Positions 54,365 to 63,308 of a stretch of 64,000 nucleotides of DNA are shown here, one piece after another; position 1 is the first letter of the stretch, and each line of letters opens with the position of its first letter. This DNA is from an uncultured Methanosarcinaceae archaeon (GTDB lineage: Archaea > Halobacteriota > Methanosarcinia > Methanosarcinales > Methanosarcinaceae). The notes below the pieces were generated by a model. That model was given only the letters and a program-made list of their open reading frames with translations. It was not told where the DNA came from and searched no databases. The stretch spans positions 59,665 through 123,664 of the forward strand of contig CAVRJG010000041.1 of assembly GCA_963721455.1 (NCBI GenBank). The letters run 5' to 3'. Made by a program: the position numbers and the translations under genes.

Positions 54365-55504
54365 ATGAGTGATTGTCTATTCGATTTGCATATTGGATAT
54401 GTCCGTTTTAAAAACCCTATTGCACTGGCGCCGATGGCAGGAATTGTCGATAGCGCTTTTGCCAACCAGTATGCAAGCAATGCCGGGCTGGTAGTTCTTG
54501 GAGCCTTCAATCTGGATCAGGCTTCAATCGCTGTTGCATCAGACCTCGTAGCCCGGGGTAGAAAAGAGTTCATTTCCGATGAACCTATGGAGCTTATACA
54601 AAAGGAAATCCGGGCGGTAACGTCCGGAAGTGTCGTTGCGGTAAATGTCAGGAGTACTACACTTGAACCCCTCATTGAAGCTGCAAAAATTGTCAAAGAA
54701 GAAGGAGCAATCCTTGAGTTAAACGCTCATTGCAGGCAGCCTGAAATGCTCGAGGCCGGGATAGGGGAAGCTCTTCTCCATGACCTTCCGCGGCTTTCTG
54801 CCTGGATCAGGGCGATAAAGGAAACAGGAGTCGTGCTTTCGGTAAAAGTGAGGGCAAACGTTGTCAATGATGTCGAACTTGCCAGGCTTATCGATAAGTC
54901 GGGTGCGGACATCATACATGTTGATGCCGTAATGGAAGGTATCGGGGCTGACCTTGATGCAATCCTTATTTACAGGGATGCTACAAGGCGGTTCCTGATC
55001 GGCAACAACTCGGTCAAGGATTTTGAGGCAGCAAAGGACATGTTTTCCCGAGGAGCCGATATGGTATCCGTTGCCAGAGGAGTCATTGAGAACCCCGGGC
55101 TTATACGGGAACTGGTGGAAAGCGTTAATTCTTACCAGCAATCCATAGGCTGGTATAATGCCCCAAAGCACGTTTGCAGTGAAGGGGACTTCAGGGCTCT
55201 TGCTTTCTGCTGCTTGCCTGTGAAACCATGTCCTGTGCACGAGAAGTTCCGAAAGCTTGGATACACGGCAGAAGAGTTCGCCAGGACAAAATTTGACTTT
55301 GCGAAAGGCACAATGCTGGAATACGGAGGAGACACCTGCTTCGGAAGCCTTGTCTGGTGTTGTAAAATCACCAAGCCCTGCTGGATCAGGGATGGGGTGT
55401 TAAATACGATCGGCCTCTCTGGTGCAGAGTACATGAAACTTAAGGAGCAACTGGCAAAATACGTACTGGATCATGCCAGAATTCCGGTAAATGAGTCCCA
55501 ATAA
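54365..55504 (+). CDS. Dus-like TIM-barrel fused to methanogenesis marker 9 domain
   Basis: LAPMAG, ELNAHCRQPE, IGNNS, SVAR; C-terminal AP.HVC..GD.RALAFCC.P.KPCP..TCFGSLVWCCK..KPC..RD. Confidence 0.88.
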   Translation: MSDCLFDLHIGYVRFKNPIALAPMAGIVDSAFANQYASNAGLVVLGAFNLDQASIAVASDLVARGRKEFISDEPMELIQKEIRAVTSGSVVAVNVRSTTLEPLIEAAKIVKEEGAILELNAHCRQPEMLEAGIGEALLHDLPRLSAWIRAIKETGVVLSVKVRANVVNDVELARLIDKSGADIIHVDAVMEGIGADLDAILIYRDATRRFLIGNNSVKDFEAAKDMFSRGADMVSVARGVIENPGLIRELVESVNSYQQSIGWYNAPKHVCSEGDFRALAFCCLPVKPCPVHEKFRKLGYTAEEFARTKFDFAKGTMLEYGGDTCFGSLVWCCKITKPCWIRDGVLNTIGLSGAEYMKLKEQLAKYVLDHARIPVNESQ

Positions 55505-56519
55505 TACTGGTTTTTCCTGCCCCCCACCTGAATGGGCAGAAAACCCACGGATGTCGAATTTGATTGCCCGCTGTGCCCAGCTTGCTATGCTGCTGGAGGT
55601 CTCTGCCTCTCCCAAGCCAGGGAACGTGGATAGGGAACATAACTATCCTGATACCTGTTTTGAGCATTTTGTGGCTTCCTCGGTAAGCGTTTATCCTGTC
55701 CTTGAACTGGCTGCAAGAAGCAGGAGTGGGATAGGGGCGCTTATCAGAAGTGCAGTTTGCGAGAGTTCTACCTGGCAGAAGGGAGGAAATACACACTTTG
55801 GCGCTTTTCTGCTGCTGATTCCCCTTTCAATGGCTGCAGGAGCATTATTTGATTCACACGGAAAAGCCTATTATAAGCTTTCACCCGACGAATTCGAAGC
55901 CCTTGCTGCGCATGCCCATACTTTTGTCCGGGCAACGGACTGTGAGGACGCTGTCGAGTTCTACAGGGCTTTCGATATGGCAGAAGTCAGGGTTAACAGT
56001 GTGGATGAATTTAATCTCGGAGATCCCGAATCAACAGCCGAACTCAGGGAACAGGGAGTCACGCTTTACGAGCTTATGGACATAGCCAGGGGATATGACC
56101 TGATTGCAAATGAGTGGACCTCGGGTTTCGGACGCTGCCTCGAGGGAGCAAAAAGTATAACTGAGTTCATGCAGGCCCAAAATCCGGAAGCTGAAAACTC
56201 AGTTCTGAACTGCTCAGGCACAGGTATCAACGAAGCTATAGTATACACCTTCCTGAAATTGCTTTCCAGGCACAGGGACACTTTCATCCAGACGAAGTTC
56301 GACAAAGATACTGCAGATTACGTCTCATCCAGGGCAGGTGAAATTCTTTCGGCCTGGGAGAGGCCTTCAGGCCATATGACCCGAGATTTTGCAGCTTTGC
56401 TTCCTGCTGTACAGGAGTTTGACTCCGAACTTCTCAAAAAGAGAATCAATCCGGGTTCAACAGCAGATATCGTTATTGCAGGAATTTTCATTGCCCTTCT
56501 GGGGGGGCTGCGCTTTTGA
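55491..56519 (+). CDS. citG: CitG-family triphosphoribosyl-dephospho-CoA synthase homolog
   Basis: LEVSASPKPGNV, NTHFG, NPGSTAD. Confidence 0.88.
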   Translation: MSPNNTGFSCPPPEWAENPRMSNLIARCAQLAMLLEVSASPKPGNVDREHNYPDTCFEHFVASSVSVYPVLELAARSRSGIGALIRSAVCESSTWQKGGNTHFGAFLLLIPLSMAAGALFDSHGKAYYKLSPDEFEALAAHAHTFVRATDCEDAVEFYRAFDMAEVRVNSVDEFNLGDPESTAELREQGVTLYELMDIARGYDLIANEWTSGFGRCLEGAKSITEFMQAQNPEAENSVLNCSGTGINEAIVYTFLKLLSRHRDTFIQTKFDKDTADYVSSRAGEILSAWERPSGHMTRDFAALLPAVQEFDSELLKKRINPGSTADIVIAGIFIALLGGLRF

Positions 56520-57154
56520 CTGAACTTTTCCCTGAGTACACAGAGTGCGGAAGCGAATTTTCCGCTGTCGATCTTTCCTTATTCGGAATCCGTGAGGGAA
56601 TTTCCGAAACAATCGTTAGCACAGGCATGGAATCTCCTAACGCTGCCCCTATAGGGATAATCGTAAAAGGCGGAAAGCCTTTTGTCAGGCTTTTCAAAGG
56701 CAGCCACACCTGGGCAAATGTCTTCAAAGAAAAGTATCTGGCTGCAAACATAGTGTACGACCCCCTGCTCTTTGTGCGTTCAACTTTTTTCGACCTTGAA
56801 CCATCAGAATTTGACTATGTGCCTGCTCGCGGGCTTAATTTCCCCATCCTGAAAAAAGCTTCAGCCTGGGTAATTTTCGAATGCATCAATATTAAGAATA
56901 CGGATCAGGCTCTTGTAGCCGATCTTATTCCCCTGGAGGCGGGTTTCAATGAGGATTATCGAAAAGACCTGCCTGTGCCCAACAGGGGTTTCAATGCAGT
57001 GCTCGAGGCGACTGTCCATGCAACCCGCTACCAGCTTTCAGGAGACGAAAAATATCTTGAATTTATCCGGCATTATGAAACTCTGGCTTCGAAATGCGGG
57101 GGGGAAAGCGAAAAAAAAGCTATGAAACTGCTTTATGAAGTGCTTGGGCTCTGA
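56516..57154 (+). CDS. DUF447 family protein
   Basis: ETIVST, NAAPIG, GSHT, NRG..AVLEATVHATR. Confidence 0.88.
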   Translation: MTELFPEYTECGSEFSAVDLSLFGIREGISETIVSTGMESPNAAPIGIIVKGGKPFVRLFKGSHTWANVFKEKYLAANIVYDPLLFVRSTFFDLEPSEFDYVPARGLNFPILKKASAWVIFECINIKNTDQALVADLIPLEAGFNEDYRKDLPVPNRGFNAVLEATVHATRYQLSGDEKYLEFIRHYETLASKCGGESEKKAMKLLYEVLGL

Positions 57155-57267
57155 ATTCTTTTTTGACTGTTATCTGCTCCGCAACTAAATTTTACAGCTC
57201 CTCTCTTTCTTTATCCTGAACCTTTTTTAGAAAATTATATTATCCTCCTCTGGCATGACTTCTTTTC

Positions 57268-57987
57268 ATGAGTTTTCAGAGAATCGCATGGGGTATTACA
57301 GGTGCCGGGCATTTCCTGGACCGCAGTTACCAGGTCTTTAAGGAAATTAAGCTCAAAGACCCCGAAATTTCCGTAAACACGTACATTTCCCGGGCAGCCG
57401 AGGAGGTGCTGCGCATGTACGGGCTTGAGCAGAAGCTTGTAAAAATCTCTGGAGGGGACTACCTTGAAGAAATCTTCCGGGAAAGCGAGCAGGGTTCGAG
57501 TTCTCCAAAAGTCGGGCGCTTCCTGCTTGACAGATATGATGCCCTCTTCGTTACGCCTGCAACCTCAAACACGGTTTCGAAAATTGCCTACGGGATTGCA
57601 GATTCCCTTGTAACCAATGCCGTTGCCCAGGCCGTAAAAGGGAAAGTTCCTGTTTATATCGTACCTGTGGATATCGAAGGTTCAATCGTATCGGAAATGC
57701 CCTACAATATTGACCGGAAACAGTGCAAACATTGTGAGGGCTGTCCTCCAAGAGAAAACTGCCCTCATGGGGCAATAACTGAAAAAAACGGCTTCACAGA
57801 CCAGATCGACCTTCTGAAATGCAAGGGATGCGGGATCTGCAAGGAACTCTGTCCCTATAATGCCATCAAAGGCGGGCCTGTAGAAATCCTGGTCAGGGAT
57901 GTGGATATGCGCAATGTTGAGATTGTGAAACAATTGCAGGGAATAACCGTGCTTGAAAGCCCTGAAAAAATTCTGGATTTTTTTTAA
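57268..57987 (+). CDS. dmrX: Dihydromethanopterin reductase (flavoprotein with 2x[4Fe-4S])
   Basis: RIAWGITGAG, PATSNTVSKIAYGIADSLVTN, PVD, two ferredoxin motifs. Confidence 0.82.
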   Translation: MSFQRIAWGITGAGHFLDRSYQVFKEIKLKDPEISVNTYISRAAEEVLRMYGLEQKLVKISGGDYLEEIFRESEQGSSSPKVGRFLLDRYDALFVTPATSNTVSKIAYGIADSLVTNAVAQAVKGKVPVYIVPVDIEGSIVSEMPYNIDRKQCKHCEGCPPRENCPHGAITEKNGFTDQIDLLKCKGCGICKELCPYNAIKGGPVEILVRDVDMRNVEIVKQLQGITVLESPEKILDFF

Positions 57988-58064
57988 ATTCCCCTTATTA
58001 TATCTTTTTTTTCATTTTTCGGCGCTGGTTTTTCTATTTTTTGCCTTTAAGTTTCTGTTACGCT

Positions 58065-59075
58065 TTATTTTTGTTTTTCCATTTCGATTTGTCTTTCAAT
58101 TTCCTTTACAAAGATTTTTTCCGAATGGAGGTAGAATGAAGCCGGAAGCCCTGTATTTGAGATCATATAAAGCAAGCTCATGGTTGTCCTGTTGAGTCCC
58201 GGGAAACAGCTTAATAGATCACTTCTGGAAATCCTGACCATCGCATCCAGGGATTTTATTCCCGTAAGGTAGCTTTTTATATCCCTGTTTTTCTGGCTTT
58301 TTTCAAAAATCAGATCTATCCAGATATTCATTTCATCGATCAGGAGCTCCCTTGTAAGGTCTTCGGGGACTATGTAATTTTTCCCCTTTTCTATATTCCT
58401 GAAAAACTCTTTGAAATCATCTCCTTTTGCGAGGGTGTATACCTTCCCGAGTCTCCCTGTATGGGTATCTGTTGTCGCAGCAATACCTTTTCCAAATCTC
58501 TCTGCAAGGGCAATTGTAAGTTCGTTTTTCTGCTTGAGTTCATTCATATTATACTCCAGTACAGGGAAAAGTTTTGCCAGCCTGGGTACTGCAGACGGAT
58601 TCGGTTCATGATGGAACTGGAACCAGAAAGGATGGTTGTAAATAAACGGAAGCTTATGCCGTTTGAGGTATTTGATAAAGTTTTTCAGGTCATGTTCTAT
58701 CCCTGCAATTTCCCTGAGCTCAAAGAACTCATCCCCGTCAAGCTCGAAAACGTTAATATGCAGCACGTGCCCTGCAAATTCCGGGTCATACACATTCATT
58801 TCAACTCCCGGGACGAGCTTTTCACGGTCCCACCCGAGAATTTCGTACGCCTCGATGGTATCGTGGTCTGTAAATGTGATGTAATCCATTCCTATCTTAA
58901 GGGCCTTCTCATAAAGGCACTCCGGATGCAGGTCTCTCACAGGAAGCACATCAAAGGAACAGGTTGTATGCACGTGCAGGTCTGCTTTTTTCCAGCCCTC
59001 TTCCATAAGCTCAGCTGCCCGTTCCGGAGTTATCAATTTTTCTTCGTAATTTCTCGGCCTTCTCCCCATAGGCAC
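58065..59075 (-). CDS. PHP-domain phosphoesterase
   Basis: DLHVHT..S.D, TDHD, GVE, NHP, TDTH. Confidence 0.85.
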   Translation of the reverse strand: MPMGRRPRNYEEKLITPERAAELMEEGWKKADLHVHTTCSFDVLPVRDLHPECLYEKALKIGMDYITFTDHDTIEAYEILGWDREKLVPGVEMNVYDPEFAGHVLHINVFELDGDEFFELREIAGIEHDLKNFIKYLKRHKLPFIYNHPFWFQFHHEPNPSAVPRLAKLFPVLEYNMNELKQKNELTIALAERFGKGIAATTDTHTGRLGKVYTLAKGDDFKEFFRNIEKGKNYIVPEDLTRELLIDEMNIWIDLIFEKSQKNRDIKSYLTGIKSLDAMVRISRSDLLSCFPGLNRTTMSLLYMISNTGLPASFYLHSEKIFVKEIERQIEMEKQK

Positions 59076-59337
59076 AGAATCCGGCGACTTTAATTTTTTC
59101 TTGATTATTTTTATTAAGTTTTAAATTTCTCCCTACATAGTATATCCTTTTTTTAGATTAAGGTTTTCTGAGAAACTCATGTCAGAATTTGGAAGTTTTT
59201 TGACTCCTGAAAAAACTCTTTTATGGTTCTTTTTCCTGTTTTAACACTTTATACACTTTTTTTCCAATTCAGACCACCACATTTATAACTATATTGAAAC
59301 ATTCCGGTATTTTCTCAAAAACAATAGGGGTATAACT

Positions 59338-59835
59338 ATGAGTCTATTTAGAAAGCTAAAGAAGATTCTCAGCGTAATTTTTGAAAATGAGTCCGAACAA
59401 AAAGGAGACGATTTTGAGAGGTATGTGGTAGACCTCTTCGATGAAAAAAATTTCTCTATTGTGCAGTGGACCACGGATATGGCAAGAAAACATACCCGAT
59501 TCGTGGAATCTGACTGCGGCCCGGACCTCGTCTTTCGTCACAGGCGCACAAATGAAATCTTCTGTGTAGAATGCAAGTTCAGGTCAAAGCTCTTCAAAGG
59601 CAAACTCCAGTGGTCAGCTTCCAGACAGCTAGGACGGTACAGGGCTTTTGCAAAGGACAATGAAATCCCTTTTTTTGTGGTCATAGGGCTCGGTGGAAAA
59701 GCAAGGAAGCCGAAAAAAATGTTCTGCATTCCGCTTGAGGAAGCAAAGTTCCCTGCACTTTCTCCTGAGCTTTTTGAGAAGTTTGAGCGAAACCCGAAAA
59801 AGAATTTCTTCTGGAAAAATGGAATGTTGAAATAA
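59338..59835 (+). CDS. PD-(D/E)XK nuclease-like protein, paralog 1
   Basis: KG..FE, GPDL, VECKFR. Confidence 0.8.
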   Translation: MSLFRKLKKILSVIFENESEQKGDDFERYVVDLFDEKNFSIVQWTTDMARKHTRFVESDCGPDLVFRHRRTNEIFCVECKFRSKLFKGKLQWSASRQLGRYRAFAKDNEIPFFVVIGLGGKARKPKKMFCIPLEEAKFPALSPELFEKFERNPKKNFFWKNGMLK

Positions 59836-60209
59836 GTTACGTGATTGAGTTTTTATTCTTTATAGCTTAATTTTCTATTTTTTTCATGTCAAACACTGGA
59901 AGGCTGTGTTCTCATTTAAAACCGGCATTTTTATAATTTTTCATGTGACCATTTATATTTGACTTGCTCCAGTTTCTATAATTGCTGAGAACACTGCCGG
60001 CATGGGAATACTAAGAACAGACTATATGCCACGGGGACATGGAAAACATGGAAAAGCTTGCAGTATGTCATTTATTCCGTATTTTCTACTGTCGATGGTT
60101 CACTTTTTTGAAATCAGTTGAGGAATGTAACTGGCTGTAGTATAGAAACTCCCCGAAACATTTTAAAGTAATGAGACATATTATATTTTTATATATAGTT
60201 GGGTTTGCT

Positions 60210-60707
60210 ATGGGATTCCTTAACAAAATTAAGAAAGCAGTTGACATATTGACAGAAGATGAGTCTGTAGAAAAAGGAAATGACTTCGAAAAATATGTTG
60301 TAAATCTTTTCGATGACAAGTATTTCTCTATTGTTCAATGGAGCACAGATATCACAAGAAAACACGACCGATCTGTAGAAGCGGATGCTGGTCCAGATCT
60401 TATTATGCGCTATATTCCAAAAGACGAACTTTTTTGCGTTGAGTGTAAATTCAGGTCAGGTCTATTTGAAGGTAAACTCCAGTGGTCCAATCCTCAGCAG
60501 TTAAAACGTTATCAGGAATTTGCCAGAGAAAGAAGGCTTCCTTTCTTTGTTGTCATTGGGTCTGGTCGAAAACCATCCTCTCCGGAAAGAATGTTCTGCA
60601 TACCTCTTGAGGAAGCAAAATATCCTGCGCTTTTTCCAAGCGTATTTGACAGATTCGAAAGAAGTTTTGATAAGTCCTTTTTCTGGAAAAATGGAGTTCT
60701 GAAATAA
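60210..60707 (+). CDS. PD-(D/E)XK nuclease-like protein, paralog 2
   Basis: KGNDFE, GPDL, VECKFR, QLKRY; clear full-length similarity to paralog 1. Confidence 0.8.
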   Translation: MGFLNKIKKAVDILTEDESVEKGNDFEKYVVNLFDDKYFSIVQWSTDITRKHDRSVEADAGPDLIMRYIPKDELFCVECKFRSGLFEGKLQWSNPQQLKRYQEFARERRLPFFVVIGSGRKPSSPERMFCIPLEEAKYPALFPSVFDRFERSFDKSFFWKNGVLK

Positions 60708-60780
60708 GGGTGTTGAAATAATCTACAGAATCAATTTTTTCCACTATGTTAAAAAAGAGAATGGGTCTTGCAAATTTAAT

Positions 60781-61131
60781 TTACTTCTTATATCCAAATT
60801 TTTTATCATATTTTTTATGATCGATTATGTCAAGAACTAATACGATAATTTCAATACCTGAACTTCCTGCTGTAAGCGTGTAAAGCATCCTCCAAAAATC
60901 AGGGAGTTCCGATCTAAATAGGTTTGCAATTCCATATTTGGTCTTGTATTCCGCAGGAATCAGTTTTTTGGCAATAGGCTGCCCATAATGAACATTATCC
61001 TTTAGCAGTTCCACTTTTTGAAGAAATGCATTAAGAATTGCCTCTTCGTGCTTTGAGTCTGATGCTTTGCTCACAAAATTATGATATACATCTGCAGCCT
61101 CTGGGGTAAGGATTACTCTGACAGACTTCAT
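60781..61131 (-). CDS. RelE/ParE-like toxin
   Basis: VILTPEA..L..N..YG, LPDFWRMLYTL, LDIIDHKKYD; 4-bp overlap with the upstream small gene. Confidence 0.7.
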   Translation of the reverse strand: MKSVRVILTPEAADVYHNFVSKASDSKHEEAILNAFLQKVELLKDNVHYGQPIAKKLIPAEYKTKYGIANLFRSELPDFWRMLYTLTAGSSGIEIIVLVLDIIDHKKYDKKFGYKK

Positions 61132-61406
61132 AGTTCAAGTCCATGATCCACTGCCTTTCTCAAATTTTCATTCCTGCTGTGAATCCAGGTTATTCCTTTA
61201 AGTCCAACTACAATTTTATTCCCTTGTTCTAGATAATCCAGAATGACCATCAGCGTATTGTGATTAACCTGCCTTGGTAACATTTTTTTGAGTTCTGCAA
61301 CTGTTATGACGCTGTCCGGGCTGTTTTTTAGAGTATCTTCCACCATAAGAATAGTATTCAGAGTGGGAGAAGGTTTTGCTTTATCAGAACTTACTGCTTC
61401 TGCCAT
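61128..61406 (-). CDS. Putative winged-helix antitoxin
   Basis: PTLNTILMVE..ELKKMLPRQV..TL..ILDYLE..KI; directly upstream of the toxin. Confidence 0.65.
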   Translation of the reverse strand: MAEAVSSDKAKPSPTLNTILMVEDTLKNSPDSVITVAELKKMLPRQVNHNTLMVILDYLEQGNKIVVGLKGITWIHSRNENLRKAVDHGLEL

Positions 61407-61455
61407 TTCTTTGCCTCCAGTACATTTGCAATAGACTGTGATATTTTGCTTTCTA

Positions 61456-61492
61456 GTTATTTTTGCATAACAAACAGTTATTGATTAATAAC
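61456..61492. promoter_or_regulatory. Tandem GTTAT-N6-ATAAC operators
   Basis: Two palindromes 21 bp apart (61456-61471 and 61477-61492), upstream of TA pair 1. Confidence 0.6.
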
Positions 61493-61566
61493 TAATTGAT
61501 ATCTGTAAATACTTATGTTTTCTAGTATAAAGTTCATAGGCTATTCTGAATTATCATAATTTACGA

Positions 61567-62107
61567 TAGCAACATTTTGTCCTAAATGTTGCTAACCTCA
61601 CTGGTTCTTTCAATGTAAAGTTTTCCACTCAATTACTTTTTTTGTGATTTTACATAACTTGTGGTACAATGCCGGAATGGCTAAGAAAAAAGTTAAGAAT
61701 TCGTATGATAGTGGAGTACCTGAGGTGAATGGATAGTGGTAAAATATCGAATAGGGATTTTTAGCAAAGTACTGAATTTAGGATTTGTGTGTTGCAGATG
61801 CTATAACTACCCCAATTCCAACGAAAATTCCAGTGAGTATTCCATTCATTAAATCATGAAACAAGTATCCTAATAATGTGCATGTAATAAAGACCGTAAT
61901 GAACTGTAAAAGTAAAAATCGGTTTTTCATTAGAAATCTCTCCATGTTTAATATTTCCTTATTTTGCCTTTTAAAACTTACTTAAATTTGGAAAATAGCA
62001 ACGTTTTGCCCTATAACGTTGCTATTTCTCTGCTTTTCCGTCTGGTTTCTTGCAGTTTTTCATACTTATTAAAATGATTATAGCAACCTTTTATTATTTT
62101 GTTGTTA
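61567..62107. repeat. Three TAGCAAC-N13-15-GTTG(C/T)TA palindromic sites (61567-61594, 61996-62024, 62081-62107)
   Basis: Seen directly; the first is a perfect 11-6-11 inverted repeat. Confidence 0.8.
61778..61945 (-). CDS. Small two-helix membrane protein (55 aa)
   Basis: Below the ORF-track cutoff: MERFLMKNRFLLLQFITVFITCTLLGYLFHDLMNGILTGIFVGIGVVIASATHKS. Confidence 0.6.
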   Translation of the reverse strand: MERFLMKNRFLLLQFITVFITCTLLGYLFHDLMNGILTGIFVGIGVVIASATHKS

Positions 62108-62364
62108 TGTGAAATTGCCTGAATAATGGGTTTGTAACTGGAGACGGAACAAAAAGCCAGAATCGAATACCCAAAAACTTAGATCCAGGCACTTTATGAG
62201 CAGTTGCACCCCAAGGATGACCAGATAAGCCAGCTTAACGAAGTTACCTAAAATCCACCATCAAATTTAAAAAAGAGAATGAGATTCGGATTTCTTTTAA
62301 TTGAAATATTGGATAACTTATCGAGAACGAGCTTTTAATTTCTGTTGTGAGTTTTACACTTTGA

Positions 62365-62625
62365 TTAATAAGCATCTTTGTGATGGGCTAATTTCACTAA
62401 TGTCACGGTTTGCGCTTTTTCGTCAACAGAAAAACATAGTACAAAGTTAGAATCAATGTGTACTCGCTTATATTTATTTAGAGGATAATTGAGATTTTTG
62501 TAATGCTGAGGATTGATACAAATTTCATCGGCTTTCTTGAAAATTGCCTCAAACAGTACATGATTTTTCTTGTTTAACTTTCTCAGCTCTTTTGAAAGTT
62601 TTCCTCTGATAAACAATTTGTACAA
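62365..62625 (-). CDS. RelE/YafQ-family mRNA interferase toxin
   Basis: NPQHYKNL..PL..KRVHIDSNFVL.F..LAHHKDAY. Confidence 0.85.
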   Translation of the reverse strand: MYKLFIRGKLSKELRKLNKKNHVLFEAIFKKADEICINPQHYKNLNYPLNKYKRVHIDSNFVLCFSVDEKAQTVTLVKLAHHKDAY

Positions 62626-62627
62626 GC

Positions 62628-62894
62628 TTACTCATCCTCATCAGGCAAGCTTTTGATGTATGCTTTTAATTCATCGGCATTTTCGAATGGTCCAATTACT
62701 TCATCATTCTCCGAATCGAGCATTTCCTTTATGAACTCAGGACTATATCGAGGCTCAAGTATTTCCTTTTCATATTGAGCTACAACTAAGTCGAGAGCGG
62801 CACTCTTATCCTTTAGATTATATTTGGCTTTAACAATATTCAGAACTTGATTCGTTCTGTCTGATATTTTAACTCTAGCTTGTATCATATGCAT
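62628..62894 (-). CDS. RHH antitoxin (DUF2683-like)
   Basis: MIQARVKISDRTNQVLNIVKAKYNLKDKSAALD..LEP..PEFI. Confidence 0.8.
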   Translation of the reverse strand: MHMIQARVKISDRTNQVLNIVKAKYNLKDKSAALDLVVAQYEKEILEPRYSPEFIKEMLDSENDEVIGPFENADELKAYIKSLPDEDE

Positions 62895-62899
62895 CCCTT

Positions 62900-62916
62900 G
62901 TGCACACTATGTGCAC
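62900..62916. promoter_or_regulatory. Palindromic operator of TA pair 2
   Basis: GTGCACA-CTA-TGTGCAC between a minus-strand TTTTATAT box (~62924-62931) and the start codon. Confidence 0.65.
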
Positions 62917-62999
62917 ACGCCGCATATAAAACTATCTTATCAATGAGATTATGCCAACTGTAACATATTCCATGCAGTAAGTTGTTCCTTTATATCCCT

Positions 63000-63123
63000 T
63001 AGGACCCCCGCGAAATAACATAGGCAACTTTTTAGACTGTACTCAACCATTTTCACAAGCAATCTCATCGATTTAATTCCAAAATAATTACGCTTTACAT
63101 AGGTTATTTCGTAACGAGTCCTA
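63000..63123. mobile_element. MITE with TAGGAC..CGAAATAAC terminal inverted repeats
   Basis: taggacccccgcgaaataacatagg versus the reverse complement of the right end, taggactcgttacgaaataacctatg. Confidence 0.7.
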
Positions 63124-63244
63124 AATGAAGTTACACAAAAGCAAGCTGTACGTATTTAGAGCTTGATTCAAGAAAACAGTAAATTGAATATGAAGCTATT
63201 GCCAGAAACCACTGAGAATAATAAACCATACTGGAAAATTTGGT

Positions 63245-63286
63245 AACTCTCCCTTGAAAAGCTGTCAGATTTTAAAGGGAGAGTTA
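63245..63286. terminator. Stem-loop between convergent genes
   Basis: aactctcccttgaaaa ... ttttaaagggagagtt. Confidence 0.55.
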
Positions 63287-63308
63287 ATAAAAGGAGGTGA
63301 CCTTCTAA

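Larger units (their letters stand above)
62150..63246 (+). pseudogene. Split remnant of a coiled-coil gene with KPxWKxW tail (62150-62251 and 63121-63246)
   Basis: KARIEYPKT*IQALYEQLHPKDDQISQLNEVT and LNEVTQKQAVRI*SLIQENSKLNMKLLPETTENNKPYWKIW*. Confidence 0.65.
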
